A DNA stretch of 48,410 nt from a virus (IMGVR_UViG_2531839667_000010:1-48410); one strand, 5' to 3'; counted from the stretch's first letter, positions 1-9,238 are shown. Notes: generated from the letters alone by a model not told the origin. Numbers and translations: made by a program.

Positions 1-8
1 AAGAAATT

Positions 9-38
9 GGGCTTCCACCTGGGAAGCCCTTTCTTTTA
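9..38 (+). terminator. Rho-independent terminator of an upstream host transcript
   Basis: Stem gggcttcc/ggaagccc (loop acctg) followed by tttctttta. Confidence 0.5.
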
Positions 39-164
39 TAGTTCGGCTGTATGTAGGGTACAGCTCGATGAATTTGTTTGACGCGCAATAGTGACAGATT
101 TGATTATCAATTCCTATTTTGTTCTAAGGATAAAACCTTAGGTTGTGATCATCCGCACAATCCC

Positions 165-407
165 TTAGTAACGCCAGCGGTCATAACGCTGATATTTCGG
201 CACTTTTGGTGCTTTAATCGCCCTGATCACCCACACCACCGCAACCGCCAACAGCAGCCACGGCAGCAACTTAATCATCAATGCCAGCATACCGCCGAGG
301 AACATAAAGGCCGTCGCCACAATCAGCGCGGCGATAATACCCAGCAACGAAACACCGGTGACCATCAGCATGACAAAAAAGCCAATTACAAAAAGTAGTT
401 CCAGCAT
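165..407 (-). CDS. pspG: Phage shock protein G (small inner-membrane protein)
   Basis: 80-aa hydrophobic product starting MLELLFVIGFFVML, matching my recollection of E. coli PspG, which neighbours dusA. The listed ORF 165..617 is an upstream over-extension. Confidence 0.85.
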   Translation of the reverse strand: MLELLFVIGFFVMLMVTGVSLLGIIAALIVATAFMFLGGMLALMIKLLPWLLLAVAVVWVIRAIKAPKVPKYQRYDRWRY

Positions 408-440
408 GATGCTCTCCCAAATATGAAATCTCTTACTGGC

Positions 441-458
441 ATTACAAGAATCATGCCA
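441..458 (-). promoter_or_regulatory. Putative sigma-54 (-24/-12) promoter of pspG
   Basis: Minus strand reads TGGCAT-N5-TTGTAAT about 35 nt upstream of the pspG ATG; psp promoters are sigma-54 dependent. Confidence 0.4.
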
Positions 459-480
459 AAAATAATCTATTGATTTAACA

Positions 481-510
481 GCAAAACGCCCTGCGACGGG
501 GCGCAGGGCG
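481..510 (-). terminator. Rho-independent terminator downstream of dusA
   Basis: Perfect 9-bp stem cgccctgcg/cgcagggcg with a 6-nt loop, followed on the minus strand by TTTTG. Confidence 0.55.
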
Positions 511-540
511 TGGTGAATTTGACTACTTTTTGGTGAAAAG

Positions 541-1578
541 TTAACGCTTATCCGCCACCAGTTTGAGCGCGTGTTCCAGCACATTAATGTCTGCACCCGC
601 TTTATGGGCATTTTCACTTAAATAACGCCGCCACTGCCGCGCGCCAGGAATACCCTGGAACAAGCCCAGCATATGCCGGGTAATATGGCCGAGATACGTA
701 CCCTGGCTGAGTTCACGCTCAATGTACGGATACATGGCGCGCACTACCGCCACCGGATCAGCATCAGTATCCGAGGAACCAAAAATCTCTCGGTCTACCG
801 CCGCCAGAATCCCCGGATTCTGATACGCTTCGCGCCCGACCATCACGCCATCCATATGTTGCAAATGCGCTTTAGCCTCTTCCAGCGACTTGATGCCACC
901 GTTAATCGACATCGTCAGATGCGGAAAGTCACGCTTCAGTTGATACACACGCGGATAATCGAGAGGCGGGATCTCACGGTTTTCTTTCGGACTTAACCCA
1001 GAAAGCCAGGCTTTACGTGCGTGGATGATGAACATCTCACACTCACCTTTGCCGGAAACGGTGTTGATGAAATCGCAGAGAAATTCATAGCTGTCCTGAT
1101 CATCGATGCCAATACGCGTCTTCACCGTCACCGGAATCGACACCACATCGCGCATCGCTTTCACGCAGTCGGCAACCAGCTGCGCATTACCCATCAGACA
1201 CGCACCAAACATGCCGTTCTGCACCCGGTCAGACGGGCAGCCGACATTCAGGTTGATCTCATCGTATCCACGCGCTTCTGCCAGCTTCGCACACTGTGCC
1301 AGCGCCGCCGGATCACTACCCCCGAGTTGCAACGCTACCGGATGTTCTTCTTCACTGTACGCCAGGTAATCACCTTTACCGTGAATAATCGCCCCTGTGG
1401 TCACCATTTCGGTATACAGCAACGTATTGCGGGAAAGCAGACGCAAGAAATAGCGGCAATGTCTGTCCGTCCAGTCGAGCATAGGAGCAATGCTAAACCG
1501 AGAATTCCAGTAAACACCAGTTTTTTCAGGCATCACGCTGGTTTGATTAATTTTTTGTGTTTCATGATTATCGTGCAT
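541..1578 (-). CDS. dusA: tRNA-dihydrouridine synthase A
   Basis: 345-aa ORF with the Dus/TIM-barrel flavoenzyme pattern ([19 protein letters not shown]); near-identical to my recollection of E. coli DusA except the first ~30 residues. Confidence 0.95.
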   Translation of the reverse strand: MHDNHETQKINQTSVMPEKTGVYWNSRFSIAPMLDWTDRHCRYFLRLLSRNTLLYTEMVTTGAIIHGKGDYLAYSEEEHPVALQLGGSDPAALAQCAKLAEARGYDEINLNVGCPSDRVQNGMFGACLMGNAQLVADCVKAMRDVVSIPVTVKTRIGIDDQDSYEFLCDFINTVSGKGECEMFIIHARKAWLSGLSPKENREIPPLDYPRVYQLKRDFPHLTMSINGGIKSLEEAKAHLQHMDGVMVGREAYQNPGILAAVDREIFGSSDTDADPVAVVRAMYPYIERELSQGTYLGHITRHMLGLFQGIPGARQWRRYLSENAHKAGADINVLEHALKLVADKR

Positions 1579-1666
1579 TTTTGAACATTTCAGGCTATTT
1601 TTCTCGCGTTAGGTTCCCGCACAGGTTCCCACGTTTTATGGGAACCCGAAATAACGAGGTCGTGTA

Positions 1667-2764
1667 ATGGCGTACTATAACATAGAGAAACGACTAAAAT
1701 CCGATGGCACACCACGCTATCGCTGTAATGTGATTATCAAAGAAAAAGGTGTTATCACTTACAGGGAAAGCAAAACATTCCCTAAACATGCTCATGCCAA
1801 AACATGGGGCACACAGAAAGTGATGGAATTAGATCTATATGGCATTCCATCATCAAATGCAGTTGACGGACTTACAGTCCGTGACTTACTACACAAATAT
1901 TTAAATGACCCAAATGCCGGAGGTAAAGCAGGCCGTACTAAAAGATATGTGCTGGAACTGCTTATGGATAGTGACATCTCCGCGATCAAACTATCTGAAC
2001 TGACAGAAAATGACGTAATTGAACATTGCAGGCTAAGAAACAACGCTGGTGCAGGTCCAGCTACAGTTAGCCACGATGTTAGTTATCTTGGCAGTGTTCT
2101 GGATGCTGCCAAACCTGTATATGGAATTAATTACACATCAAACCCAGCAAAAGCCGCTCGTCCATATCTACTTAAACTTGGTTTAATTGGTAAATCAAAC
2201 CGTCGTAATCGTAGACCAGCATCTGATGAACTGGACATGCTCATTGAAGGCCTTCAACAACGATCTACTCATAAATGCTCAAAAATTCCGTTCGTTGATA
2301 TCCTCAAATTTTCTGTGTGGTCCTGTATGCGAATCGGAGAAGTATGCCGGTTACGATGGGAAGATCTCGACCAGGAACAAAAATCTATACTCGTAAGAGA
2401 CAGGAAAGATCCACGCAAAAAGGAAGGCAACCACATGAAAGTAGCCTTGCTTGGGGAAGCCTGGGATATCGTCCAACGACAGCCCCAAAAATCGGAATTC
2501 ATTTTTCCATATAACAGCACTTCTGTTACTGCGGGATTTCAGAGGGTAAGAAGCAAATTAGGTATTAAGGATCTGCGATACCATGATTTGCGTAGAGAAG
2601 GGGCAAGTCGCTTATTTGAGGCTGGTTTTAGTATTGAGGAAGTAGCCCAGGTTACAGGGCATCGTTCATTAAACGTGCTATGGCAGGTATATACCGAACT
2701 GTATCCAAAATCTTTACATAATCGTTTTGAAGAGCTCCAAAGGAGCAGAAATAAGATCTCTTGA
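1667..2764 (+). CDS. int: Tyrosine-type phage integrase (dusA-associated arrangement)
   Basis: 365 aa; C-terminal catalytic region with LRYHDLRREGASRL (H-x-x-R) and GHRSLNVLWQVYTEL (Tyr nucleophile); divergent from and immediately beside the dusA 5' end. Confidence 0.9.
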   Translation: MAYYNIEKRLKSDGTPRYRCNVIIKEKGVITYRESKTFPKHAHAKTWGTQKVMELDLYGIPSSNAVDGLTVRDLLHKYLNDPNAGGKAGRTKRYVLELLMDSDISAIKLSELTENDVIEHCRLRNNAGAGPATVSHDVSYLGSVLDAAKPVYGINYTSNPAKAARPYLLKLGLIGKSNRRNRRPASDELDMLIEGLQQRSTHKCSKIPFVDILKFSVWSCMRIGEVCRLRWEDLDQEQKSILVRDRKDPRKKEGNHMKVALLGEAWDIVQRQPQKSEFIFPYNSTSVTAGFQRVRSKLGIKDLRYHDLRREGASRLFEAGFSIEEVAQVTGHRSLNVLWQVYTELYPKSLHNRFEELQRSRNKIS

Positions 2765-2812
2765 CACTGTTTATCCATACAGTTAAAAATAATACTGTAT
2801 ACAAACACAGTA
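2761..2812 (+). promoter_or_regulatory. SOS-regulated promoter with two LexA boxes
   Basis: TTGACA at 2761-2766 with TAAAAT about 17 nt downstream; two CTGT-N8-ACAG motifs (ctgtttatccatacag 2767-2782, ctgtatacaaacacag 2795-2810); AGAGGGA Shine-Dalgarno before the ATG at 2826. Confidence 0.6.
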
Positions 2813-2825
2813 TAGAGGGACTTTT

Positions 2826-3044
2826 ATGCGTATTGAAATCTGCATAGCCAAAGAAAAAATGACTAAAATGCCAACCGGTGCTGTGGATGCGTTAAAGGAA
2901 GAATTAACCCGACGCATCAGTAAACGTTATGACGATGTAGAGGTGATCGTAAAAGCCACCAGCAACGATGGCCTTTCTGTTACACGCACCGCAGATAAGG
3001 ATTCTGCAAAAACTTTTGGGGTATTCGGGATAAGTAGTTGTTGA
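2826..3044 (+). pseudogene. dinI: DinI-like protein, 5' portion, interrupted by an IS after codon 64
   Basis: [31 protein letters not shown] resembles the DinI N-terminus as I recall it; the frame runs into IS sequence at 3019 and ends with unrelated residues. Confidence 0.7.
3011..3018. repeat. Target-site duplication (left copy), AACTTTTG
   Basis: Identical 8-mer directly flanks the IS at 5679-5686. Confidence 0.65.
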
Positions 3045-3095
3045 AAACCTTTTGATAAGATCTGCAATTCATTTTTATAGACGGTGAAAGTTGTT

Positions 3096-3123
3096 GTTGA
3101 CCTCCTGATCGGATTCCTATACT
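3096..3123 (+). promoter_or_regulatory. Putative sigma-70 promoter inside the IS
   Basis: GTTGAC(C) then TATACT; spacer 15-16 nt, so sub-optimal. About 250 nt upstream of the ORF6N gene. Confidence 0.3.
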
Positions 3124-3369
3124 GTTTGTCTCACGAGGCGTAGAAACCTCTCCAAAAGCGGTCCGAACCAACCCCGATAGTGTTGGATTTTTTATGCCTG
3201 TTATTCAGTGATTGCACTGTATGCGGTCACACCCCGATCAATGTCGGGAGGGCGACGAATACAACACCCAGCGATGGGGAATAAGTTCGCGGTATCTTTT
3301 GGGCCGTTTCTAACCTCCCGACACCCACTTATGTGGATTTCCGTAGAAAGAAACCAAAAGAGGTCAGTC

Positions 3370-4262
3370 ATGACTAACCATTCTCCAGTAGAAAGCCTGC
3401 CAGTTGTTACCTATAACAGCCTCCCGGTGATCACCACCGAACTGCTGGCAAAACTCTACAATACCGAACCCAAATACATTCAAACCAACACGGCGCGTAA
3501 TGAATCACGTTTCGTTGCTGGAAAGCACTTCTTTAAACTGGAAGGCACTGAATAAAAGACTTTAAGAACAGACCATCTTCAAGAGGGTTAGTTGGTTCTC
3601 GCGCTCGTAGCCTTGTTCTCTGGACGGAGCGCGGTGCCGCTCGCCACGCCAAAATGCTCGAAACCGATCAGGCGTGGGAAGTGTTCGAAAAGCTGGAAGA
3701 CTTCTATTTTAGCCAGAAGGAAAAGGCCGAGCAGATTCGTAAGAATCGCCAGTGTACAGCTACCCAGCTTATCCCGCTGCGCCAAACGGCAGAACGGTTA
3801 ATCACGACAGGCCTCGGCAAAATCTATCCCGACATATGGAAGCTGGTTCATCAGCGCTTCGATGTTGAGCATATCCACCAGTTGCAGCCTGAGCAGGTCG
3901 GTGAAGCCATCGAGTATCTGAACGTGCTGGAAGGTGAGTACCTGGGGCGCGAGACGCTTCCGGCAACCCCATCAGTGCATTTCACCAACGAGGAGCTTTG
4001 CGCTCTCTGCTGGGTATGGAATGCCGCCGAATACATGCGGGAGAAGATAGAGCTGGCCTATCCCGCAATGAAAACTCTCAAGTCTGAATACGCACCGAGC
4101 TTCTACTCAATGGCATTTGAGTATCAGCGAACACTGGAAGCCGGTAGAAAGGTTCTCGAACGGGAAACAAAACACATCGTTCCGCATCCTCACAGCGTGT
4201 CAGATGAAAACTGGCGGCGAGTCCTGCCTCGTCTGCGCCAAAATAGCTTACCTCGCGGATAA
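3370..4262 (+). pseudogene. ORF6N-domain (antirepressor-type) protein gene with a frameshift near 3550
   Basis: N-terminal frame (ATG 3370, GAGG Shine-Dalgarno) ends FFKLEGTE at TAA 3553-3555; a second frame continues ...SLVLWTERGAARHAKMLETDQAWEVFEKLEDFYF to 4262, matching my recollection of the ORF6N family; consistent with loss of one T at ctgaa-t-aaaag. Confidence 0.55.
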
Positions 4263-4276
4263 TAAGGGACAAAACG

Positions 4277-5599
4277 ATGAGCGAGATTGCACCAACGAGC
4301 CTGTTACACCCTCTGAAAGCTACCGTTCTGGATTTTCAGGAGGATGAGCACGACTATCAGTTCAAGGTTGAATACCCGGAGCCGACCTGCTGCCATGCCT
4401 GCGGTGCAGTGTCTGACATCATCCGCTTTAACAAAAAGCTGGTGAAGTACCGGGATGTTCCCATGCACGGGAAGCGCGTCACGCTCTGGGTCGTAACACG
4501 CCGTTATCAGTGCAAATCATGCAAAGGCACATTCACCCCGGCCATCCCCGAGATGGCCGAAGCCCACCGCATGACAAAGCGCTGCTATCAGTACATCATT
4601 AAACGTGCGCTGACCGGCACTAACGCCAGCGTCGCGCAAGATGTTGGCTTTGATGAGTCCGTCACCCGTGGGGTCATCAAGTCCTACTGCGAGCAAAAGG
4701 CGAAGACCTATAAGCCTGTGCTGCCGCGAGTGCTGGGCATTGATGAGCTGTACCTGAACAAAACCTTCCGCTGTGTCCTGACCAACATCGAGCAGGGAAC
4801 CATTATTGACATACTGGAATCCCGGCAAAGTAACGTCATCTACAACCGTCTGGCGCATATGGAAGGCCGTGAGAACGTGCAGATCGTCTGTCAGGATATG
4901 TGGAAGCCATACCGTGACGTTGCCAGCCAGCTATTCCCTAAAGCCAGCATCGTCGTTGACCGCTTCCATATCCAGCGCATGGCTAACGAGGCGATGGAAA
5001 TGCTGCGTAAGTCGCTCAAAAAGGATCTGACAGTACACCACCGACGGCAGCTTAAAGGCGACCGTAAGATGATGTTGATGCGTAAGCGTGACCTTAACCC
5101 TATGCAGCAGATGATTATCGAAACGTGGCTGGATCACTATCCTGAGTTGGGTCTGGCCTATCAGCTCAAGGAAGAGTTCTTTGATATCTGGCTGGCACAG
5201 ACTGAACCTGAGGCCAGAATGCGCTATCAGAACTGGCTGGCAAAGATACCCGAGCATCATAAAAAGCACTGGAAGCCGCTGATAACATCCATGACGAACT
5301 GGGAGAAAGAGATATTCGCCTACTTCGGCCCGGCCCAGCGGAAGACCAACGCCTTTACGGAATCCATCAACCGCAAGATGCGCGATCTGAACCGTGATTC
5401 GCGCGGAATGTCCTTTGAGATGTTCAGGGCTAAAACACTGTTCACTCTCAAGCATAAGTTCAGCAAGCCTAAACCAGTGAAAGAATCACCGTTCACGGTT
5501 GGCTATGTCACCGCTGGTTCGTGGGATCTGGATGATGAAATCCGGGACGATTACGGCGTATCTATCGACGCTATTCTGGAATCCAAAATCGGCGAATAA
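4277..5599 (+). CDS. ISL3-family transposase
   Basis: 440 aa; N-terminal zinc-finger/HTH pattern (CCHACG ... [10 protein letters not shown]) typical of ISL3 transposases; sits between ISL3-like terminal repeats with an 8-bp duplication. Confidence 0.75.
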   Translation: MSEIAPTSLLHPLKATVLDFQEDEHDYQFKVEYPEPTCCHACGAVSDIIRFNKKLVKYRDVPMHGKRVTLWVVTRRYQCKSCKGTFTPAIPEMAEAHRMTKRCYQYIIKRALTGTNASVAQDVGFDESVTRGVIKSYCEQKAKTYKPVLPRVLGIDELYLNKTFRCVLTNIEQGTIIDILESRQSNVIYNRLAHMEGRENVQIVCQDMWKPYRDVASQLFPKASIVVDRFHIQRMANEAMEMLRKSLKKDLTVHHRRQLKGDRKMMLMRKRDLNPMQQMIIETWLDHYPELGLAYQLKEEFFDIWLAQTEPEARMRYQNWLAKIPEHHKKHWKPLITSMTNWEKEIFAYFGPAQRKTNAFTESINRKMRDLNRDSRGMSFEMFRAKTLFTLKHKFSKPKPVKESPFTVGYVTAGSWDLDDEIRDDYGVSIDAILESKIGE

Positions 5600-5678
5600 A
5601 TAGCCGCCAACAACACACCCATCATTTTCCATTTAACGGGGTTCGGGATGTCCTAACAACAGGATTTCCCGAATACCC

Positions 5679-5686
5679 AACTTTTG
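5679..5686. repeat. Target-site duplication (right copy), AACTTTTG
   Basis: Identical to 3011-3018. Confidence 0.65.
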
Positions 5687-5742
5687 TTCAGGAGACTCTG
5701 AAAGATACCTGGGAATCTGCTGACGAGTGGTTTGTTCACTAA
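5687..5742 (+). pseudogene. dinI: DinI-like protein, displaced 3' end
   Basis: Joining 3018 to 5687 gives ...[23 protein letters not shown]-stop, resembling the conserved DinI C-terminus. Confidence 0.6.
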
Positions 5743-5885
5743 TTAACACGTAAAATCGGTAACGGCTGGAAATCATTCAATACTCGCACTATCGAAAGTT
5801 CGCCAGCCAGCCGCAGCACGTTCTTGCATACGACGTGGCTGCGGCTTCCAACATTAGACAAATAACTCTTTAAATTGCTTTTAAA

Positions 5886-6449
5886 TTATTTCGTTTGAAT
5901 GCCAGTAACAGGAAATCGTTTATATAGGGTTGATAGCCCAACGTTATAGATACGTGCAACATAACGCCGTGATTTCCCTGCCGCTATGAGCGCTCCCATC
6001 TGTTGCCACTGCTCGTCGCTAAACTTCGGTCTACGCCCACCAATCCGGCCTTTGGATCTGGCAATAGCCAAACCAGCTAAAGTTCGCTCGCTATTCAAAT
6101 CAGATTCATACTGCGCAGCAGAAAGAATATTACGGAAATTATAGCGACCACTTGCTGTTTTCAGGTCTACGCCATCTGTAATACTGCGGAAGTTGATACC
6201 CTTTTCCTGTAACTGCTGGAACATCAACAGCGCATGCAGAACGTTGCGGCCTATCCTGTCCAGCTTCCAGACCACCAGTTCATCCCCCGGCTGCATAGTG
6301 GCGATCAGCCGTTTTAGAACCGGCCGATTCGATTTCCTCCCGCTGGCATGCTCTTCAAAAATTTTCTCACAACCCGCTGACTTGAGCGCCGTTAGTTGCA
6401 ATTCAGTGTCCTGGTGGTTTGTTGATACTCGGGCATAACCGTAAATCAT
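5886..6449 (-). CDS. Serine recombinase / DNA invertase (Pin/Gin/Hin family)
   Basis: 187 aa from MIYGYARVSTNHQDTELQ (catalytic Ser region) with a C-terminal HTH; AGGAG Shine-Dalgarno. The listed 278-aa ORF is an upstream over-extension. Confidence 0.85.
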   Translation of the reverse strand: MIYGYARVSTNHQDTELQLTALKSAGCEKIFEEHASGRKSNRPVLKRLIATMQPGDELVVWKLDRIGRNVLHALLMFQQLQEKGINFRSITDGVDLKTASGRYNFRNILSAAQYESDLNSERTLAGLAIARSKGRIGGRRPKFSDEQWQQMGALIAAGKSRRYVARIYNVGLSTLYKRFPVTGIQTK

Positions 6450-6501
6450 GGGATTTCTCCTGTTATGAAAACAGGAGAAACGGCGAAGCATCACCAGATT
6501 T

Positions 6502-6972
6502 TTGATGGTTATAAAAAAGGTTGGTTTGGGAGAAGGCTCTGCATTACCTGTTGGTGTCCCTGTTCCGTGGCCTTCAGCTACGCCGCCAACAGGCTGGCTG
6601 AAATGCAATGGCGCTGCCTTTGATAAGGTTAAATATCCCCGTCTTGCTACAGCATATCCATCAGGGAAACTACCTGATCTCCGCGGTGAGTTTATTCGTG
6701 GCTGGGATGATGGGCGCAGCATTGATACAGGGCGTGCTTTATTGAGTATTCAGAGTGATGAAGTCAGAAAGCTCGCATTAAAATACTGGGGACCAGCTTC
6801 AAACAGTTCACCATCAAAAACATTTGCACTCAGCGACAGTGCCGGTGGCGGGTTGTACACGGATGGAATAAGTCAGGCAAGCGGTGGGATTATCAACGCT
6901 TTTCAGCTCCCTGGCGGTAACGAAACCCGCCCACGAAATGTTGCATTTAACTATATCGTGAGGGCTGCATAA
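6502..6972 (+). CDS. Alternative tail-fibre C-terminal cassette, currently in the silent orientation
   Basis: No ATG (the frame opens after TGA 6466-6468); carries the conserved tail-fibre C-terminal motif PWPSATPPTGWLKCNGAAF...DLRGEFIRGWDDGR; preceded by a crossover site that shares reading phase with the expressed fibre. Confidence 0.6.
   Translation: MMVIKKVGLGEGSALPVGVPVPWPSATPPTGWLKCNGAAFDKVKYPRLATAYPSGKLPDLRGEFIRGWDDGRSIDTGRALLSIQSDEVRKLALKYWGPASNSSPSKTFALSDSAGGGLYTDGISQASGGIINAFQLPGGNETRPRNVAFNYIVRAA
6509..6534. other. Invertase crossover site (hix/gix-like), left
   Basis: TTATAAAAAAGGTTGGTTTGGGAGAA; its reverse complement TTCTCCCAAACCAACCTTTTTTATAA resembles hix and shares 14 bp with the right site. 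Confidence 0.6.
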
Positions 6973-7574
6973 TGGATAATGCTGTATTAAATAGCGAGTT
7001 TATTGCCACGAAGGCGGGGAGTATTACCGTCTATAACTATGATAGTGAAACACGGGAATATATTTCCACGTCAACTGAATATCTTGCTGTGGGTGTCGGT
7101 ATTCCGGCATGTTCCTGTCTTGATGCACCTGGCATACATAAGGTTGGTTATGCAATCTGTCGTTCTGTGAATTTAAATTCATGGGAATATGTGCCAGACC
7201 ATCGCGGTGAAATCGTCTATAGCACCGAAACAGGAGAATCAAAAGAAATCACAGCTCCGGGTGATTACCCTGAAAATACAACCACTATCGCCCCTTTATC
7301 TCCATACGATAAATGGGATGGTGAGAAATGGGTGACCGATACTGAGGCACAGCATAGCGCCGCAGTAGACGCGGCAGAAGCACAGCGCCAGTCACTGATT
7401 GATGCTGCTATGGCTTCCATCAGTCTGATTCAACTGAAATTGCAGGCCGGACGGAAACTGACGCAGGCAGAAACAACCCGACTTAACGCCGTGCTGGATT
7501 ACACTGACGCGGTGACGGCAACAGATACCAGCACCGCGCCGGATGTCATCTGGCCTGAACTGCCGGCGGCGTAG
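6972..7574 (+). CDS. Tail fibre assembly protein (partner of the silent cassette)
   Basis: 200 aa; C-terminal ...LNAVLDYTDAVTATDTSTAPDVIWPELPAA pattern typical of Tfa chaperones; immediately follows the alternative fibre cassette. Confidence 0.7.
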   Translation: MDNAVLNSEFIATKAGSITVYNYDSETREYISTSTEYLAVGVGIPACSCLDAPGIHKVGYAICRSVNLNSWEYVPDHRGEIVYSTETGESKEITAPGDYPENTTTIAPLSPYDKWDGEKWVTDTEAQHSAAVDAAEAQRQSLIDAAMASISLIQLKLQAGRKLTQAETTRLNAVLDYTDAVTATDTSTAPDVIWPELPAA

Positions 7575-7998
7575 GCCATTTAATATCTGGCGCACCGGAA
7601 GTATCGACCAGTTCCAGTGCGTCCAGATAATCCAGCCACAGATTATATTGCGCCAGTTCCTCGCCTTTCAGACGACCAATAGCCGCTTTACCAGGCCATT
7701 GTTTACTGTTCATATAATCGTTGGCCTGATTAATTAGTAGCTGTCTTTCTGATTCAGTAATTTCAATAAGTTCTTCATGCGTAGGGGCAGGAATATCCGC
7801 CCACGCGGGCAGCCCATCACCTCCGGCAATACGGATTTTTCCTTGTGGCGGTTCAGCCATAAATTCACTGATAATATTTTGACTCACCTCCTTAGCATCT
7901 GATAAATCCCATCCCTCTGATTTATATTTATCAATCATATCCACAGGGAAAAAAGCATTATGCCTTGCGCTATAAACATATTCGTTCATATAAATCAT
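7546..7998 (-). CDS. Tail fibre assembly protein (expressed orientation)
   Basis: 150 aa; C-terminal ...LDYLDALELVDTSGAPDIKWPTPPAV Tfa motif; convergent with the other tfa, as in invertible G/C-segment systems. Confidence 0.7.
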   Translation of the reverse strand: MIYMNEYVYSARHNAFFPVDMIDKYKSEGWDLSDAKEVSQNIISEFMAEPPQGKIRIAGGDGLPAWADIPAPTHEELIEITESERQLLINQANDYMNSKQWPGKAAIGRLKGEELAQYNLWLDYLDALELVDTSGAPDIKWPTPPAVQAR

Positions 7999-8009
7999 CC
8001 TGAATAAAA

Positions 8010-8858
8010 TTATTCACCAACAGCCCACCAACTGTAAATCATTGACACCTTGTCGCTGGTTGATGCAGTTCTGTAAGCAGAATTAAAGCCGGTTAATGTT
8101 GGGCCTTCTACGGACATAACGAATCCACGCCCTGCACCAAAAGGCGCACCGCCATCGCCAGAATGGGTAAGAATGGCGATATCCGCTTTTTTAGGGAAAG
8201 GGATAGGAAATGTAATCCTCATTGTTTGCGTCGATAATTTCGGCATAGCCTCACCTCGACCATATTGCAGGATTTTCCCGTTGGGTAATTTCATCCATCC
8301 ATCACCACTGGCAAACGAGGCCATGTCCGGTATCTGATTTTCCCCTGTCCCCACATTCCGTTTTGCCGCTTCTCCCAAACCAAGGTTTGTGCGAGCGTCT
8401 GCGGCATTCGTTGCGCCGGTTCCGCCGTCTGCGACAGTAACCGCACCGTTGCTCCCTTTCTGCGCAAGTTTACCGATGCCAGGGATGGTTACGGTGGTCC
8501 CGTTGATGGTAACTGTGATGCTTTGGTTTGCTGAGGTAGTGGCGAACGTCTCCCACGCGCCAATGTTCTCGTCATACTCTTTGATGAGCTGCGACATTGC
8601 CTGGGCCAGTCCGTCCACGGAGATAATGTCTGACACCAGAATGGCGTATTTCTGGCCGCTCAGCGCCGGGGAAGCGGCAGGCGTAACCGTCATTGACGTG
8701 GCGCTGTTCACGGATGAAATCTGGAACAGTTGCACCGGGTTAGACATCACGATAATTGTCTGCCCAGCGCGAACCTGGCTGGCGGGAGCTGTCCAGTTTG
8801 TGCCGGAGCCGGTTGCGGTATTTCCTTTAATAGAGATAGTTCCGGTGCTATAAATCAT
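8010..8858 (-). CDS. Side tail fibre protein (constant N-terminal part fused to the currently selected variable C-terminus)
   Basis: 282 aa; a crossover site lies in-frame at 8370-8395 (encoding ...TNLGLGE...). Confidence 0.8.
   Translation of the reverse strand: MIYSTGTISIKGNTATGSGTNWTAPASQVRAGQTIIVMSNPVQLFQISSVNSATSMTVTPAASPALSGQKYAILVSDIISVDGLAQAMSQLIKEYDENIGAWETFATTSANQSITVTINGTTVTIPGIGKLAQKGSNGAVTVADGGTGATNAADARTNLGLGEAAKRNVGTGENQIPDMASFASGDGWMKLPNGKILQYGRGEAMPKLSTQTMRITFPIPFPKKADIAILTHSGDGGAPFGAGRGFVMSVEGPTLTGFNSAYRTASTSDKVSMIYSWWAVGE
8370..8395. other. Invertase crossover site (hix/gix-like), right, inside the tail fibre gene
   Basis: TTCTCCCAAACCAAGGTTTGTGCGAG; inverted relative to the left site; same codon phase (GLGE) in both contexts. 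Confidence 0.6.
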
Positions 8859-8935
8859 AACAACTCCTAAATTTAGACAACATGAAGCCCGGAGAGGTAT
8901 ATAACCATCACCAGAAATAATTTCTGAATTGGTTT

Positions 8936-9238
8936 TTAATACATGTTGGGCAACGCCAGTGTTGGCATAGCTATAGTTGTATCAAATGCCATTGACCACC
9001 CACCCCAATAATAATTGCCGACTACTTTATTCCTTTCCGCTATGACATTCCCACCTGTCATTACAATTCCTTTATACCTAATATTTCCGTAACCACCAAC
9101 GTGTCGACAGTTAGCCCCGGTATAAACAATCTGGCAAAATTCATCACCAATATTCAGGTTCGCATTGTCGATATTTATTGTCCCATCAAAAATGAATGGC
9201 TTCGTGCAAGTAAGAAGACGTTTGCGTTGACGATTGGT
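8936..9238 (-). pseudogene. Start-less remnant of a tail-fibre/tailspike-like gene
   Basis: About 100 open codons with no start codon between stops, encoding ...GTINIDNANLNIGDEF...GGNVIAERNKVVGNYYWGGW..., a repetitive beta-rich pattern. Confidence 0.3.

Larger units (their letters stand above)
3019..5678 (+). mobile_element. ISL3-family insertion element (about 2.66 kb) carrying a passenger gene
   Basis: Terminal inverted repeats GGGTATTCGGGA (3019-3030, and reverse complement at 5667-5678); 8-bp direct repeat AACTTTTG on both sides; encodes an ISL3-like transposase; removing it restores an intact dinI-like frame. Confidence 0.7.

Noticed and set aside
78-398. 106-aa plus-strand ORF antisense to pspG
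   Set aside because: It overlaps the well-supported pspG on the opposite strand and its translation is low-complexity.
5806-5843. Long hairpin (agccgcagc/gctgcggct, 20-nt loop) between the dinI remnant and invertase as a terminator
   Set aside because: No U-run follows on either strand, so it cannot be called an intrinsic terminator from sequence alone.
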